Positions 11,456-24,781 of a stretch of DNA of 41,723 bases are shown piece by piece. The position numbers and the translations under genes are program-made. The stretch spans positions 1-41,723 of the forward strand of contig RBNJ01000100.1 in NCBI GenBank assembly GCA_003990765.1, read 5' to 3'. How positions within the stretch are numbered: the first letter of the stretch is position 1; each line of letters starts with the position of its first letter. The stretch comes from Jimgerdemannia flammicorona. Lineage: Eukaryota. The notes under the pieces are model-generated. The model saw only the letters and a list, made by a program, of their open reading frames with translations, made no database searches and was not told where the DNA came from.

Positions 11456-14400
11456 CAAATCTCCCAGTCAAAAGGTCACTACCATGAAGGAAGATGATGA
11501 AAACTGGTACAAGAGAATTGCAGATAGTTATATACCATATGGACGATGCCCTTATTCCATTCGAATGTACTGTATGGAACATATTGGTGAATGCCATGCA
11601 TGCCTCTCCAAAGTTTTCAAAATTCAATCCGAGAAATGCCAAGCTCAACAGACTGAGGAACCCAAACAAGATAACCCTCCTTGTGAAGGATGGGGAGAAA
11701 CTGACTTCGAGGAGACTGATAGCAATTGAGACAACAATGAGGATGAAGAGTTCAATACCATCAAGAAGGATGACAGTTGCATCAAGTTCACAGGCCAAGT
11801 CCACAGACAGAATGTCAATGTCTTGCTTAATAGCAGTGCTATTGAAAACTACATCAGCACCAAGACTGCCAAGAGGATTGGAGCCTGAAGCAGACCCACT
11901 ACTGAGAAAAGAAGTATTACCTTTGGTGATGGAAAGACTGCACCATTGACCAAGATCTGTGAAGACCTTTTGCTCAAGATTGGTAAATATTAAGAGAAAT
12001 TGGACTTCAGCATTATAGACCTCCCAGGATAAGATATTATCTTAGGAAAAGCCTGGTTGACCCAGCACAACCCAGACATCAACTGGAGAACCAATGAGGT
12101 CAACCTGACCCATGAAGGCAGAAAGATCACTCTGATACCCCAGAAAGGTACCAACCACCAAAAAATCAAAATCATCTCTGCCATTCAAATGAAGAGACTC
12201 TCTTGAAAAAAGAGAAACACCTACTTCATCTGTACAGTACAAGAAGTCACTGAAGCCACAAGTAGCCCAATTCCAACAGAAGCTCAAGAACTGTTCAAAG
12301 AATTCCAAGATGTATTCCAAGATCCTCAAGGACTTCCACCCAAGCACCAAATTCAACATGGAATTGATCTTATCTCAGGATCTGAACCCCCATACAAGAG
12401 TATCTACCAACTGGCCCAACCTGAGCTCAAGACCCTCAAGAATGAGTTGATCAAACTACTGGCCCAAGGATATATTGAACCAAGCTGCTCTCCATTTGGA
12501 GCCCCCATTCTATTTGTCAAGAAGAAGGATGGCTCTCTGTGAATGTGTATTGACTACAGAGCCCTTAACAAGATCACCATCAAGAACCAATATGCCTTGC
12601 CCAGAATTGATGAGTTACTACACCAAATCTTCAAGGCCAAGACCTTTTCTCTACTGGATTTGCAAAATGACTACTACCAGATTCTCATTGATGAGAAGGA
12701 CATTGAGAAGACAGCTTTCCGAACACGGTTTGGACACTACCAGTTCTGAGTCATGCCTTTTGAATTGACCAATGCACCAGCAACATTCCAGTATCTGATG
12801 AATGACATCTTTGGACCACTCCTCAACATCTGTGTCCTTGTATATATTGATGATATACTAATCTACAGTGAGACAGTAGAGCTACACTACACCCACCTTA
12901 GATAAGTACTGACCCTTCTGCGAGAACACCAGCTCTATGTCAAGATGAGTAAGTGTAAGTTCTATCAAGACCAGATCAAGTACTTAGGACATATCATCTC
13001 TGCTGAAGATATCAACGTGGACCCCCAGAAAGTATTAGCCCTCAAGGATATCCCTGTCCCTACTACCCTCAAGCTACTCCAGTGCTTTCTGGGTATTGCC
13101 AGTTATTACCGAAGGTTTATCCAAGAATACTCTACTATTGCAGTCTCATTGACCAGCCTGGCTCATAAAGGAGTGAACATCAAAGCTGAATGGACTCTCG
13201 AATGCACCCTGGCTATGGACCTTCTCAAGAGACTCCTTACTGAGGCCTCAGTGCTAATTGCACCTGATCCTACCAGACCATTCACTCTGACCACAGATGC
13301 CTCTGACATTGCTATTGGAGCAGTGCTCAGCCAAGAAGACTACTCAGTGGCCTACCTTTTACAGAAGCTCAAGCCAGCTGAGACTTGGTATACCACCCAT
13401 GAGAAGGAACTTCTGGCTATTGTCACTGCACTCCAGGAATAGCGCCATTTCCTCCTAGGACAGCCATTTGTAGCCTACACTGATCACCATGCACTGTGGT
13501 ATATTCACACACAGCCTATGCTGACCCACAGACAAGCCTGCTGGATGGAAATCATTGCCAACTTCGATATGGAAATTAAGTATATCTCAGGTAAAACCAA
13601 CTGTGTGGCTGATGGTTTCTCCAGATATATGGAAGATGAACTTGTCTTCATGGTCGAAGTAATTGGAGACCTTACCCAAATGATCAAGGATGGCTACCAG
13701 CAAGACAGCCCCCTGATGAATTTCCTTCAATTCTACCAAGACCCAGAGGCCAAGATTCCAGAACCCATGAGGCAAATGGCCAAGAGATTCACCTACCATG
13801 ATGGACTTATCTACAGGGACCATGACAGAGTGATTGTACCCAACAATGATACTCTGTGACTCAAGATCATGCAGGAACTCCATGATACCCCTGCAGCAGG
13901 ACACTTTGGTTTTGAAAAGACCTACAACCTCCTTTCAAGAGAGTTCTACTGGCCAAAGATGACCAAGAATATCAAAGACTTTGTGGCCTCATGCAAGATA
14001 TGCCAAAGGTTTAAAAGTGGTAACAAGCTACCAGCAGGACTCCTGCAACCCTTGCCTATCCCAAGTCACAATTGAGACCAGATTGCGATGGACTTCATTG
14101 TCCAACTCCCCAAGACCAAGGCAGGATGGGATGCCATTGTGGTATTCATGGACTGCCTAAGTAAACAAGCCTATTTTGCACCCACCAAGACCACTGCTAC
14201 AGTATCAGAGATTGCTGAGATCTTTCTCAACTAAGTATTCAGGCTATATGGCATGTCTAGCACCATTGTATTTGACCGAGATGCCAAGTTCACAAGCAAT
14301 TTCTAGAAGGCATTTTTCTCCCTCCATGGAACCAAGCTGAAGTTCTCTACTGCCTACCACCCTCAGACTGATGGTCAAACTGAGTGAACCAATAGGACTC

Positions 14401-14961
14401 TCAAACAGATGCTTAGCATCTTCTGCTGTTACAAGCAAAATGATGGGATAAGTACCTAGCCCATGCTGAGTTTGCCTACAACAACAGTCAGAAAACCTCC
14501 ACAAAGAAGACTCCATTCTTCCTGAACCATGGTCAACACCCAAGGACCCCTAGTACTACCACGAAATCAGCAGTCCCAGCAGCCCAAGATCTGACCGAGA
14601 CCATTTCTGACCTTATGCAAATGACAAGAGATGCTCTCATAGAAGCACAAGACTACCAGACCAAGTATGCGAATTTGAAGTAAAGAGAAGCCTCCTATAA
14701 TATTGGTGATATGGTCATGCTTAGAACAGACCACCTCCACCCAGACACCCTGATACAACAACCAGCCAAGAAACTCTGTGCTAGAAGAATTGGACCATAC
14801 AAGATCATGGAAAAAATCAGCAAAGTCAACTACAAGTTGAACTTCCCCACAATATCCGAGTACACCCAGTATTCCATATCAGCCAATTGGTGGACTACCA
14901 TAAGAACCCATTCCCTGAGCATACAGTTCCACCACCACCCCCAATTAGGATCAATGATCAT

Positions 14962-15125
14962 GAGGAATTCGAAATTGAGGAAGTACTTGACCACAAGGTC
15001 CATAAATATTCTAAAATAGTCAAGCACTTTTTCCTGATCAAGTGGAAGGGTTACCCCACCCATGATGCCATCTGGGAAAAAGAAGAAGCCCTGAAGAATA
15101 CATGTGAAGCCCTCCAGAACTACAT
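14962..15125 (+). other. Integrase C-terminal chromodomain
   Basis: EEFEIEEVLDHK..FFLIKWKGYPTHDAIWEKEEAL..CEALQNY. Confidence 0.92.
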
Positions 15126-15812
15126 GGAAACACTCACCCCCCAGCAAAGGAAGGAACTACAGCTCTAAGTATAGGTGCATACAGCAAGCAGAAGGATACC
15201 ACATATTTTTATCTGGAAACATATAATACCAAATATTGCGAAAAAAGGAACACTATAGATAACTAACAAAAAGATATCTGAACAAAAGAACAATCTAGTA
15301 CAGTTCAGCAAATTGCATTTGAACAACTCCATTTTATGCCATCTGTGTCATCTCCACTGGATGATGATGGATGCTTCATGTGAAACTTAGGAAAGCCAAC
15401 AATGTTGAAACCAGTCTAAGTCCATCCACGTGATAGATATTGTTACTAGGAATTGCCTCAGATTACAAGAAAAGTCTATTTCTGAGAGGTTTGAACCCCC
15501 AGCCGCGACAATGGGAGCCCTTGCCCTAGACAAGGATGGTCAGTCCTTGCAAATGCACCAACCAGATAAAAAAAAAGTGGACCAAGACCTGTTAACCCTG
15601 TGTAACCACAACTATAGGTGACGAGATCTTTGAAATCAGGATTTTCTCATGTGACCAGCACATGCTCTGCTTACAGTATAGGTCATACATTTTGCCAGAA
15701 AGCATAACCAAAGGAAGGTCACATCAGATGGGTGAATAAGTATAAATACCCAAGGCAAGAATACCCCACAACTCTCATCTCCCTTTCCTCACAAAGAAAA
15801 GACAAGACAAGA

Positions 15813-16643
15813 ATGCCTGCCACCTGCTGCCAAACTGCCTGCCGTAGCCAGCCCCTCTCAAGCCAGGTTGACTTCCTCTTTGGACACATCTAGGTTACCA
15901 TCCAAGGAAGGAACCGCCACTCAGAGGCCCTTAACCTCTCCAGCCAGGACCTAGAACACTATGTCCTCAACTACTGTGAAGTCATCAAAAGAGCCTACCT
16001 TACCACCAGCTGCCTAGAGATCTGGCATGAATACGAGATTGACCATCAACTCCTCCAATGGGCAAAGGACCTGCCCATGGACCAAGTCTCTGATTGGACC
16101 CACCTAGATAGGTACGAGCAAAGACTTGCCAAGAAGGTCCATCAAATCATATGCCATGTACCCTTTGTGATCTCCAACCTCAACTACATACAACTGAAGG
16201 ACTTTCAGAACCTCTCTTTCCCTGAGGTCGATGCCCTAGAAGTCAAGGTTGTCCAAGAAGCCAACTCCTGGATTGCCCTCAAGTCTACTGACTACAAACC
16301 CTACTGGAGCCCCCTCCTGAATAACAACCCTGACCAATGGCTCCAAGGTCTCTCTGACCTCTTTGAAGGACCACCTATCCGAATGGATATTCCCAGGCAT
16401 GAAGATTAAGAGCCCTACTTGGATGGCCTCAACTATATCAGATGGAGAATCCCTATATCAGCACCTATTCCAATGCAAGAACCATTTGCAGACCTTATTG
16501 ACTTCTCCATTCTGGACAACGAGCTATCTGCAACCACCACCCCCCTTGCCCCTGGAGAAGATGGTAATAACCCTGAGGAGGATTCCCCACCTTTCTCTCC
16601 CCTGGTTCTTAATTTCTCAATCAATGAGGATGTTGATTTCTAA
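15813..16643 (+). pseudogene. Element A accessory ORF3 (~276 aa, two premature stops), unknown function
   Basis: ATG at 15813 is in frame with track ORFs 16077 and 16419. Own TATAAATA at 15741. Stop overlaps the PPT. Confidence 0.8.
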
Positions 16644-16654
16644 GGGGGGAAGGA
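16642..16654 (+). promoter_or_regulatory. Polypurine tract of element A
   Basis: AAGGGGGGAAGGA directly before the 3' LTR. Confidence 0.9.
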
Positions 16655-17425
16655 TGTAATAGAACAAACAGATGGGACATGATGAGACAAACAATCATGT
16701 GACCTGGCAGTGACATCATCATACGATCAAGTGTGGCATATGAATAATGAACAAATAATGCAAAATGACATGGAAAATGATATCCAGCTTATCCCCAATA
16801 ATCAGCGCCACAGCAACAGTTGCCACAGCTGCTGATTATTGCCTAGTAATTGAGGTTCTGATCACAAAGATATTCTTTACCAAAAATTACCTGACAAAGG
16901 TCGCAATCATAAACCTCATTATAGTTACCAAATTAGTCACTCATACTTAGTCAGAAATCGTGGACCAACTTGTATAAATACCCCCCAGTTTCCATCTGAA
17001 ATAAAGCAGTTTTAGTTCAGCCCTTGATATAAGAATCAAGCCCCCCCCACACACATACATTCCCCTGAGTCTTAGTAATAATATCTAAGTGACTCTAGTG
17101 TTTCTGACTAAACTCCAGAAGCCTAGCTAACTTCTGCCAGAACTGAGACTGGTATATAAATCCCCAAAGACTTAAGTAAACCTATTGAATCTGAATTCCA
17201 AGGTGAATTTAGTCTGTGCACAGCAAAGAATAAGACTCTCGAAATAGGGCACAAGAGAAAGACCTTTGAAAGATAAGGCACTGCTGCTACATACAACTAC
17301 TTTAAGTGAGCACTTCCTCAAACTGAAGGCTTCTTGGTACACATTGTGTACTAAGTCCCTAAGTAATAGTCCACTTCCCTAATTATCCAAAGGATAAGAG
17401 AGGGGTAGAAGTGAGAGTTATTACA
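16655..17425 (+). repeat. Element A 3' LTR (771 bp)
   Basis: TGTAATAG...TATTACA. Differs from the 5' LTR by transitions and a 4-bp insertion. Confidence 0.95.
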
Positions 17426-20400
17426 ACTCTGTTCACATATCCTTGTTACCAAACCTTGCCATTGCCCCCCTGAAGGACTCCAACCTATCTACCATCCAGT
17501 CATCAGATCTCCCAACAGCTCCTCCTACCTTAAAACCTTCTCCTGCAGGCCTACCTACTGCTCCTCCTCAAACACAAATAGCCAATGTCCTGCCAATCTC
17601 ACTCAAACTGCTAATACCCACCCAACAGTGAGCCAACTATCACTCACCCCCCCCCACTAGCCAACATCTCAAGTCCTCCCAGCAATTCCCCTCACCCACT
17701 GGCCTATGCCCCACCTCCAGTCTATCTCCTATTTTAACCCAAAAGTTCCCAAAAACCTCACACTCTCCCAGCCAATGTTCTGGTGTCTGCACCAAACCCC
17801 CAACTTGCCCTATATTGTAACACTCCTCACAATCAAGGCAGCCACCATCCACCAGATACCTGGTGTGGAAATTCAGCATGACATTCCTCCACAGTATTCG
17901 CCACTACACTATCCAAAACTTGGGAGAAAGCTACTGCTGTACCTCAGCACTCCAAGACCAGATACCTGCCCAGTCCCACTCCTCACCGATTCCAACTGCC
18001 TGCCAACTGCTCAGTCAAAGATCCTGGCCAAGACCCTACTGATACTCCACTCCATCTCCTATATCAAAGTAGCAAGTGGAGTGCCTCCCAGTAACAGTCT
18101 ATCTCATCACCACATACTAGGTCCCCACAACACCTCTCCCTCATTATCTTGCCAGTGCAGACCAATTCTGTATGCTCTATCGACCACTCCCCACCAAAAG
18201 CCCTTAAACCTTAGCCTCTGAATTCCATTGAGCCCCACTAAAGAGAGTAGATCTTCCGAGGACCCTTGGGGGGAGGTTCTCATCTCCCACATCTTCTGCA
18301 GCAGAGGCACCCAACTCCCTCCTTGTAGTTCAGCTGCTCTCCTCAACCACCAGGCTTGCAAGCAGTGCAACCTTTTAGGAAAATCCACAAGGTCAAGACC
18401 TCTCCTGACCACTGGTGTTGCAAGAGTATCCCAACTAATCTGGGACCTCCTCCCTGCCCAAATCCAATCCCTAGCCACCTTTGTCAGCCTCTTTACCACC
18501 CAAGCTGGGAAGTCTAGGTGGTAGGCCACATACCATAGCTTGGAGTACCAGTATATATTCAGAATTGCTACCTGTCCTGCTAGAGAGATATGGTAGCCTC
18601 TCTAATCTCAAAGGGCCCCCTCCCAAGCAGCCACCCTGCTCTCCCATCACACTCATGGCAGGACAGAGCCATACATAGAGAGGAAGATGCCCAGATACTG
18701 TACTACCTCACCAGTAGGGATAATTGTTCCAATGACATCCCCACCTACTAGCCTATTCTCCAGCAGCATAGTCTCACACTTATGCCAGTTGAGCTTCGCT
18801 CCAGAGTAATCCTCATACCATTCCACCATCTTCTTAAGTGCCTTGACATCTGCCACAGACCCAAGGCCAACCACCATATCATCTGCAAATGCTCCCACCT
18901 TCCACACTATGCTATAGATAGAGAGTCCTTCTACCTTCTGGCAAATCCTATCCATCAATAGTTCCAATAAGAGGGCATAAAGAATAGGGGACAGGGGGTT
19001 CCTCTGAGGAATCCCTCTTTTCAAGGTAAACACCAGACCATGATGACCATTACACATCAGTGCTGCCTGACTGCCTTCTAGCAGATTCAACATAGAAGCC
19101 CAAAATCCTGGAGGAATATCAATACGATCCAACACCTTGTTCAGCCCAACCCACCAGACCCAGTCATAGGCCTTCTCCTGGTCCAAGAAGACTAACCTTC
19201 CATCCAGTCTACAAGCCCAGGCCCCTTCAATGATACCATGCACCCATGCAGTCCCATCTCTTATAAGTCTGCCTCCAACAAAGCCCCACTGCTCCTCCCC
19301 CAGCACCTGTTGGACAACCTTCTGCAGTCTTGCAACAACTACCTTAGTCACCATCTTCCTATCCATGTCCAACAGCATGATCGGCTACCAGTTCTTCCAG
19401 TCTTCTCTCCTCCCCTTGTCTTTATACAATAAAGCCACCAGCCCAAGGTCCTACTCTCTGACCCACTCACCACTCTGAAGAACATGATCACAGAGAGCAG
19501 TCATCTCACCCAAAATGCCAGGGACCTTAACCATCTTCTTCCAGAAGTCCTATGGTAGTTCATCCTCCCCTAGTGCTGTTCTAGTTATAGTTGCTGCAAG
19601 GACACTCTGGACCTCCTCACCTCACACCGGCAAGGCCAAGTCATTCAGTCCAGCTACTTGTAGTGGCCTCCATTCCCCTAATGTATCTTCAATAGCTGCC
19701 CTATCAGCACCCCCTTTTTCCTCACTCCACAAACCCTGCTATCTCTCTTTCAAAACCTCTAAGATTCATTGCATGCCATGTACCATGTCCCCATCAGTAT
19801 CTAGGACTCTATCTCACTGATGTCTCACCCTCCTAGCTTTGAGCAGATGAGACAAATATCTAGTAGGCCACTCATCCTCCTCAAGCCCCTGCCACCCTAG
19901 CCTAGCAGCCATATCTTGCATATGTACCTCCTCCTCTTCTCTCAACACCTGTTGCAGTTCCATTATCTCCAATCTAACCTGTGCTAACCTCTAATCCTCC
20001 ACCCTATCAGAAGTGAGCAAACCTACCCAATCCATATGTAATCTCCTCAGCCTATTGGAAGCACACCTTGTGCACTTCCTCCTCTGTCTCCCTGCTTCTC
20101 TCCCAGTCCCTCCCCAATAGACTCTCACAGCCTCTTTCAATCTCATCCAACGGACACCCACCAACAAACCCTCATATCTCCAGCAAGAGACTTTCACCTG
20201 AATGTCCTCTACCCATGAATCCCACAACCCCTTCTCAGCCAGCAGGGAGGAGTTAAGGCACCAATGTCCAGATCTATCTCCACTCCCCCCAAACTGCCCC
20301 TAACCCAATAGTCCCTAGTGATCAGACCATGGGCACTATTCCACCTCCAAAATCTTCTAGATATCAGACCCCCAGCATTCTGCCATCAGAATCCAGTCAA

Positions 20401-21030
20401 TTCTTGTACCTAAGCCATTCACCCAATGCATGTAGACCCTAGAGTTGCCCCATCACATTCTGCCTATATCCCCTAAGGAGCTCAGCTGCTCCACCTCCTC
20501 CCATACATTCAGGTCTCCACTTCTCCCTCCTGTACTCTGCCCACCATCAGTTCGGTCCAGATGCTGATCCCGAACCATATTAAAGTCCCCCCCAAGTACA
20601 TCAACCCCTTTCTCCAAGAGAATATCCTCCTCCAGCAGCTCCTTAATCCATGCAATCCTCTCACCCCTAACCACAGGGCAGTAGCAAGAGCCAACCCTCA
20701 CCGACTCCCACTCTGGCTGATGCCAATCTCTCCAGACCAAGCAATCACTCCAGCTCCCAATACCCCCCAAATCTCCTCTATCCTTCTTTATCAGAATCAC
20801 TACTTTTCCAAACCAAGCAGCAGCCCCACCCCATTCCCTAGTCCACTCAACCTGATCATCCTCATCCTTATACCAAACATCCTGCAGTAGAAAGAGATCA
20901 GCCTCCAATCCCTTGAGCCAATTAAAAATGTTCTTATGCCACCCAGATCTCCTTAGCCCATTCACATTCAAAGAGAAAATGTTGGTTGTACTGTTCATAA
21001 GAGAAAAAGGTTGTATTGTGAACTCACCCT

Positions 21031-23060
21031 CTACAATTCCACATCCTGCTCCTCCTGCAATAAATCTAAGTCATGATCAGTAGCTAGTTCCTGCTCACCA
21101 GCTTCCTGTGCCTCCAACCCTCCCAGAAGTTCTACCATTGCCCCATCTTCTTGCTCCTCAAAGTTCTCACGATATTCCTGACAGGTCTTCTGTCAGAACC
21201 ACAAACCATACCACCTACCCAAGAGTATGCTGCTCACTCACCAGCAACCACTGCCAGCTTGGCCCTTCTCATCTCATCAACCTCATATCCCTCCTCCTCC
21301 AGGAAAATCGAAAGAATCTCCCCCTTCAGTACCTCCACCACTCCCTTACTGTGCAAAATCTGTGCCCAATGCTCCTCAGGCATTACTCACAGGTCCACTT
21401 CCCCCAATGTCTCAGCCGTGAGGTTATCCATCACCTTGTTCATTTACAGCAAGTTCCCCACCTCCTTCCCTCCTGGAGTCTCTGGCCATCCAATGTCCAA
21501 CATTATGGTGTCAGCCCCTACACTGGCAGCCTCATCTCACTCCTCCTCAAGGACATCCATCAGCTCATCCTCACCAACCACCACTACCTGACCCCCTTTT
21601 TCCACATCAGAGACCCCAAAGTGCACCTGCTGGGCTCTCTTCATCGACATGTTCTCTGTTGTCCGTCTCTTTCCAGCCAGGCCCCTCCTGATAAGAGGGG
21701 GGGTTGTATCCAGCTCTAGCTCCCAGACCTCAAAAGTGCCATTGGTAAAGGGGTCCTTGCTCAATACCTTTTCAGCCTCTTTCTTATCTACCTCTACCTC
21801 CCCAACCCCTTTACTCGCCCAAACACTGGCTTCGATACCCCCAGACCCTTCAGCTCCCACTACCTTCTGCTTTGTCTCTACTTTCATACTTATAAGTAGC
21901 TCTCACTGTCTCCTGCACCCCTGCGCCCACTCTCACTGCTTTCTGTCAGTATGGGTGCATTTCCCATCTACAACCTCCAGATGTGTCAACTCCTCATATA
22001 TCTTCCAGACCCTTGCCCTCCTCTCTACAGCTCCACTCATCTCCTCTAGTGCCTCCAACAAGTCCTCCTCCTCCTCCTCACTCCCCTTCACCCTCGAAAC
22101 CTTACAGATGAATGCCCCCCACATCAGCACAGAAGGCCAGTCACTTGTCTTCCCTGTGGCCTCCTTGCCTGCCAGCCGAATCCTGACATCAATGTCATCC
22201 ATCCTGATCATCATCCCCTCTCATATCTGAAAGCTGATATCCACCATGTCACCATACTCAATCATCACCTCCTCCACCCTCTTTCTAGTCTTCTCCTTCA
22301 TCACCATGGGCACCCCCTTCACCAGAAGCTACACCACCCTGAGATCTTATTGCAGGCACTGCACCATAGGGACCACTACCTCTCCAACTACAACTCCAGT
22401 CTTCAGTGCCTCATCTAGTGGGCCTGTCTCCTCAAAGCCCACCTCAACCCCCTCCAGACCCTTAAAGAACTTCACTGAGGCTGCTTCAGCCACCTGCTTC
22501 GAAATAAGCCCCAGAACCATCCTCACCATCACCACTAAGCCCCAGAAGCACAAGGTTACTGCAAACTCTGAGATTGACTTCTTGAGCAATAGGGTCACTG
22601 CCAGCCCTATTACACCATCTGCCAGGTCCCCCTTTTGCATCGGGAACCCCTGCCCCACCTGGTCATCAGCCATCACATCTCTTTTTTTTTCCTGATTCCC
22701 CATCACACTCCCATCAACAGTCACACCCCCAGTCACAGCACCTCCAGTCCCTATGCCTGCACTCCCAGCCAGAGTACCATCTCTCCTCCCAAGGCTTATC
22801 TTGCCCTTCCCCTCAGCAGTACCAGCCCTAGTACCAGCTGGCCACCTACTCCCCTTAACCTTATCTGTGAAGCTCGGGAGACCAGATCTTCCCCCATTGC
22901 CACCAGACACTAGTCTCTCTCCAGAGCCTTCTCTACTTTTTGGCCCCCCAAAGGCCCCCATCCCCAGGCCATAATCCCTCCTCACCTACTGCCAGTTGAA
23001 GGTCCTAGGTCCACCTGACCTAGTATGTATACCTGCATATTCATTGCTTTCTATATTGCT
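21031..23060 (-). pseudogene. LINE copy 2 ORF1 (start approximate)
   Basis: Track pieces 22347-22985, 21933-22214 and 21537-21887 are homologous to copy 1 ORF1. Confidence 0.8.
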
Positions 23061-23161
23061 AGTCACCTTCCACCAAAAACATTATTGAAAGTGTTGCCTG
23101 AGTCTTGTGTCACCTGAATGTTACTGGTGAAAGGTTATGATCTACCCTGGTGAAGGAGGGA

Positions 23162-24304
23162 TACATCATCTTCACTTTTATCAGATTTGCTATCTGTATA
23201 TCTTCTATAGGTTATGGTACTATGAGTCACAGGGTGGTAGTAAGCTGGTAGCTGTGGTTCATGTTGCTTATACTTGGATAGTAGAGTTGTTGGTTCAATT
23301 TCAAGAGTTGTCTGGAGATATAGGTTGTGTTCTCCAGTCTCTTCATTATAGTTGAAGTAATCAGAGATAAATGCAGATTAGTACTCATGCCAGTGATCAT
23401 TGTTCCAATAAGTCTCATAGATAGTTATAAAATATTGTAAGTTCATTGGTAAGGTTGGCAGAGTGATCAGAGTTGGTAGAGATCCTTGGCTCAAGGTCAT
23501 GTCAGCATCAGAGGAATTATTGTCTTCTGCTTCATCTTTATCAAATTGGATTATATCATAGATATCCTTCATAGTATATCTGACTTGGGACATCTGCAGG
23601 ATGTGGTCCTTGGGGTGTGAGAAAGTTCTGTCTATAGTCTGTATATACTCAATATACTTATGGTTGAGTTCTTGTATCATATCATCAATTTGGCTATAGG
23701 ACAGAGTTACAACTATTTTGGCAGTAGTAACTTGGAGGTAGAGAATAACAGTGCTATATTCATAAAAGAGTTCTCTATATTTATGGGTGATGAGCTTCTA
23801 GTGTTGCGACATCTGGATAATATCTATATCATAGTGGTATTCAACCATGTCTTCTAAGAGGCAGCTGATCTGATAGTAGCTTGAGATTTGTCCAATTCAG
23901 TAGACCTCATTAAGTATGTTCAGGGCATTCTATCAGGCTTCCATGAAGTAGAGGAGTACTAGGCTATAGATATTTATGAGAGGCAGAGGGGGTGTGGCTT
24001 GGTTGATAATAGTATTCCAAATGTCAGCACAGATGCAGTTATAGATCTTGATGGTCATGTTTGGGTTATTTGTTTGGTTTGTTTTAATTCTCTGTTTCAA
24101 CACATCTTAGTGCTTGGTATATATGCATTTGGTTCTGATTGGTAAGATTCTGTTTATATAATTCTTATGTTCTGTGACTTTGTATTGACTTAGCTTTGTA
24201 TGCTGTAACTTCGATTTGACTCAGCTTTATGATCTTACAGGTGATTTCCAGATCTATTCAGAGATTACATGTGATTTTAGTAGCTTGGAGGTTGTGTGCT
24301 TATA
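23162..24304 (-). mobile_element. Solo LTR C1, right part, carrying the start of the LTR-encoded ORF (ATG 24058; the ORF finishes at 8055)
   Basis: Reverse complement of 37372-~38495. Ends CTTA(T)A, followed by TSD GGATG. Confidence 0.85.
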
Positions 24305-24329
24305 GGATGCCTAAGTAAAAAACTAAAAT
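24305..24329 (+). pseudogene. Sola-type transposase, segment 2 (25-bp sliver between two insertions)
   Basis: Reads R-M-P-K-*-K-T-K and joins segment 1 to segment 3 in frame. Confidence 0.6.
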
Positions 24330-24781
24330 TATATAAAAATATATTACAATATTACAAATGATGACATCACTAAGCTGACATCATCAGATTTGTATCACCA
24401 GTAAGATTATATACTAGAAAATACAAGAATATTAGTAAGATTATAATGATTTTATACTAATTTCAGCTCTCTTCAGTTAGTAACATCATAGTAGTCACAC
24501 TAGTCTCTATACTAGTTTAGTATGTACTCACACTGACATCACTATAGATATCTCAGAAATAGACTAAGAATGCTATAAATAGTATGAGACTAAATTAGTC
24601 TTCAGCTATATTGATGTCATAAACTAAAATAGTCTATAATATCATAGAAATTAGAGTATATTAAAATTAGCTACTGATATCATCAGCTCCCTGATATCAG
24701 GAGCTAATAAATCTTTAAGACCAGTAACTTCATGGGCTAAGCTAGACCATGACAAGCTATGAAATCATAGTTACTATATAC

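Larger units (their letters stand above)
9132..15168 (+). pseudogene. Element A single gag-pol polyprotein (degenerate; start approximate)
   Basis: Pieces at 9201, 9990, 10485, 11304, 12543, 12945, 13518 and 13869 are one frame. CFICKKAGHISVKC knuckle (10911). Protease LLNSSA (decayed LDSGA). [10 protein letters not shown] and YIDD. RNase H TDASD and EKELLA. Integrase HDTPAAGH..CKIC and GPY. Two frameshifts after ~14450. Confidence 0.93.
8333..17425 (+). mobile_element. Full-length Ty3/Gypsy chromovirus, element A (9093 bp), with dUTPase and a 3' accessory ORF
   Basis: Paired LTRs. Perfect 5-bp TSD ACTCT (8328-8332 / 17426-17430). PBS and PPT present. Domain order gag-dUT-PR-RT-RH-IN-chromodomain. 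Confidence 0.96.
8200..20998 (-). pseudogene. LINE copy 2 ORF2 (EN-RT-CCHC), coding at 17426-20998 plus 8200-8332
   Basis: SLNVNGL, GGDFN, LDQEKAYD, FADD, CEEC..EHWLGEC. Stop TAA at 8200-8202. Confidence 0.9.
8157..23148 (-). mobile_element. Full-length L1-clade LINE, copy 2, interrupted by Gypsy A
   Basis: 19-nt poly(A) tail (T run 8157-8175). AATAAA at 8196-8201 on the - strand. 13-bp TSD GGTAAAGGAGGGG (8144-8156) / GGTGAAGGAGGGA (23149-23161). ORF1 and ORF2 homologous to copy 1. Confidence 0.93.

Noticed and set aside
15813-16643. ORF3 as a retroviral env gene
   Set aside because: No signal peptide, furin site or transmembrane segment in this ORF or its homologs.
1-23148. The two LINEs as a segmental duplication
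   Set aside because: They are diverged with transversions, have different 5' UTRs and flanks, and copy 2 has its own TSD and poly(A).
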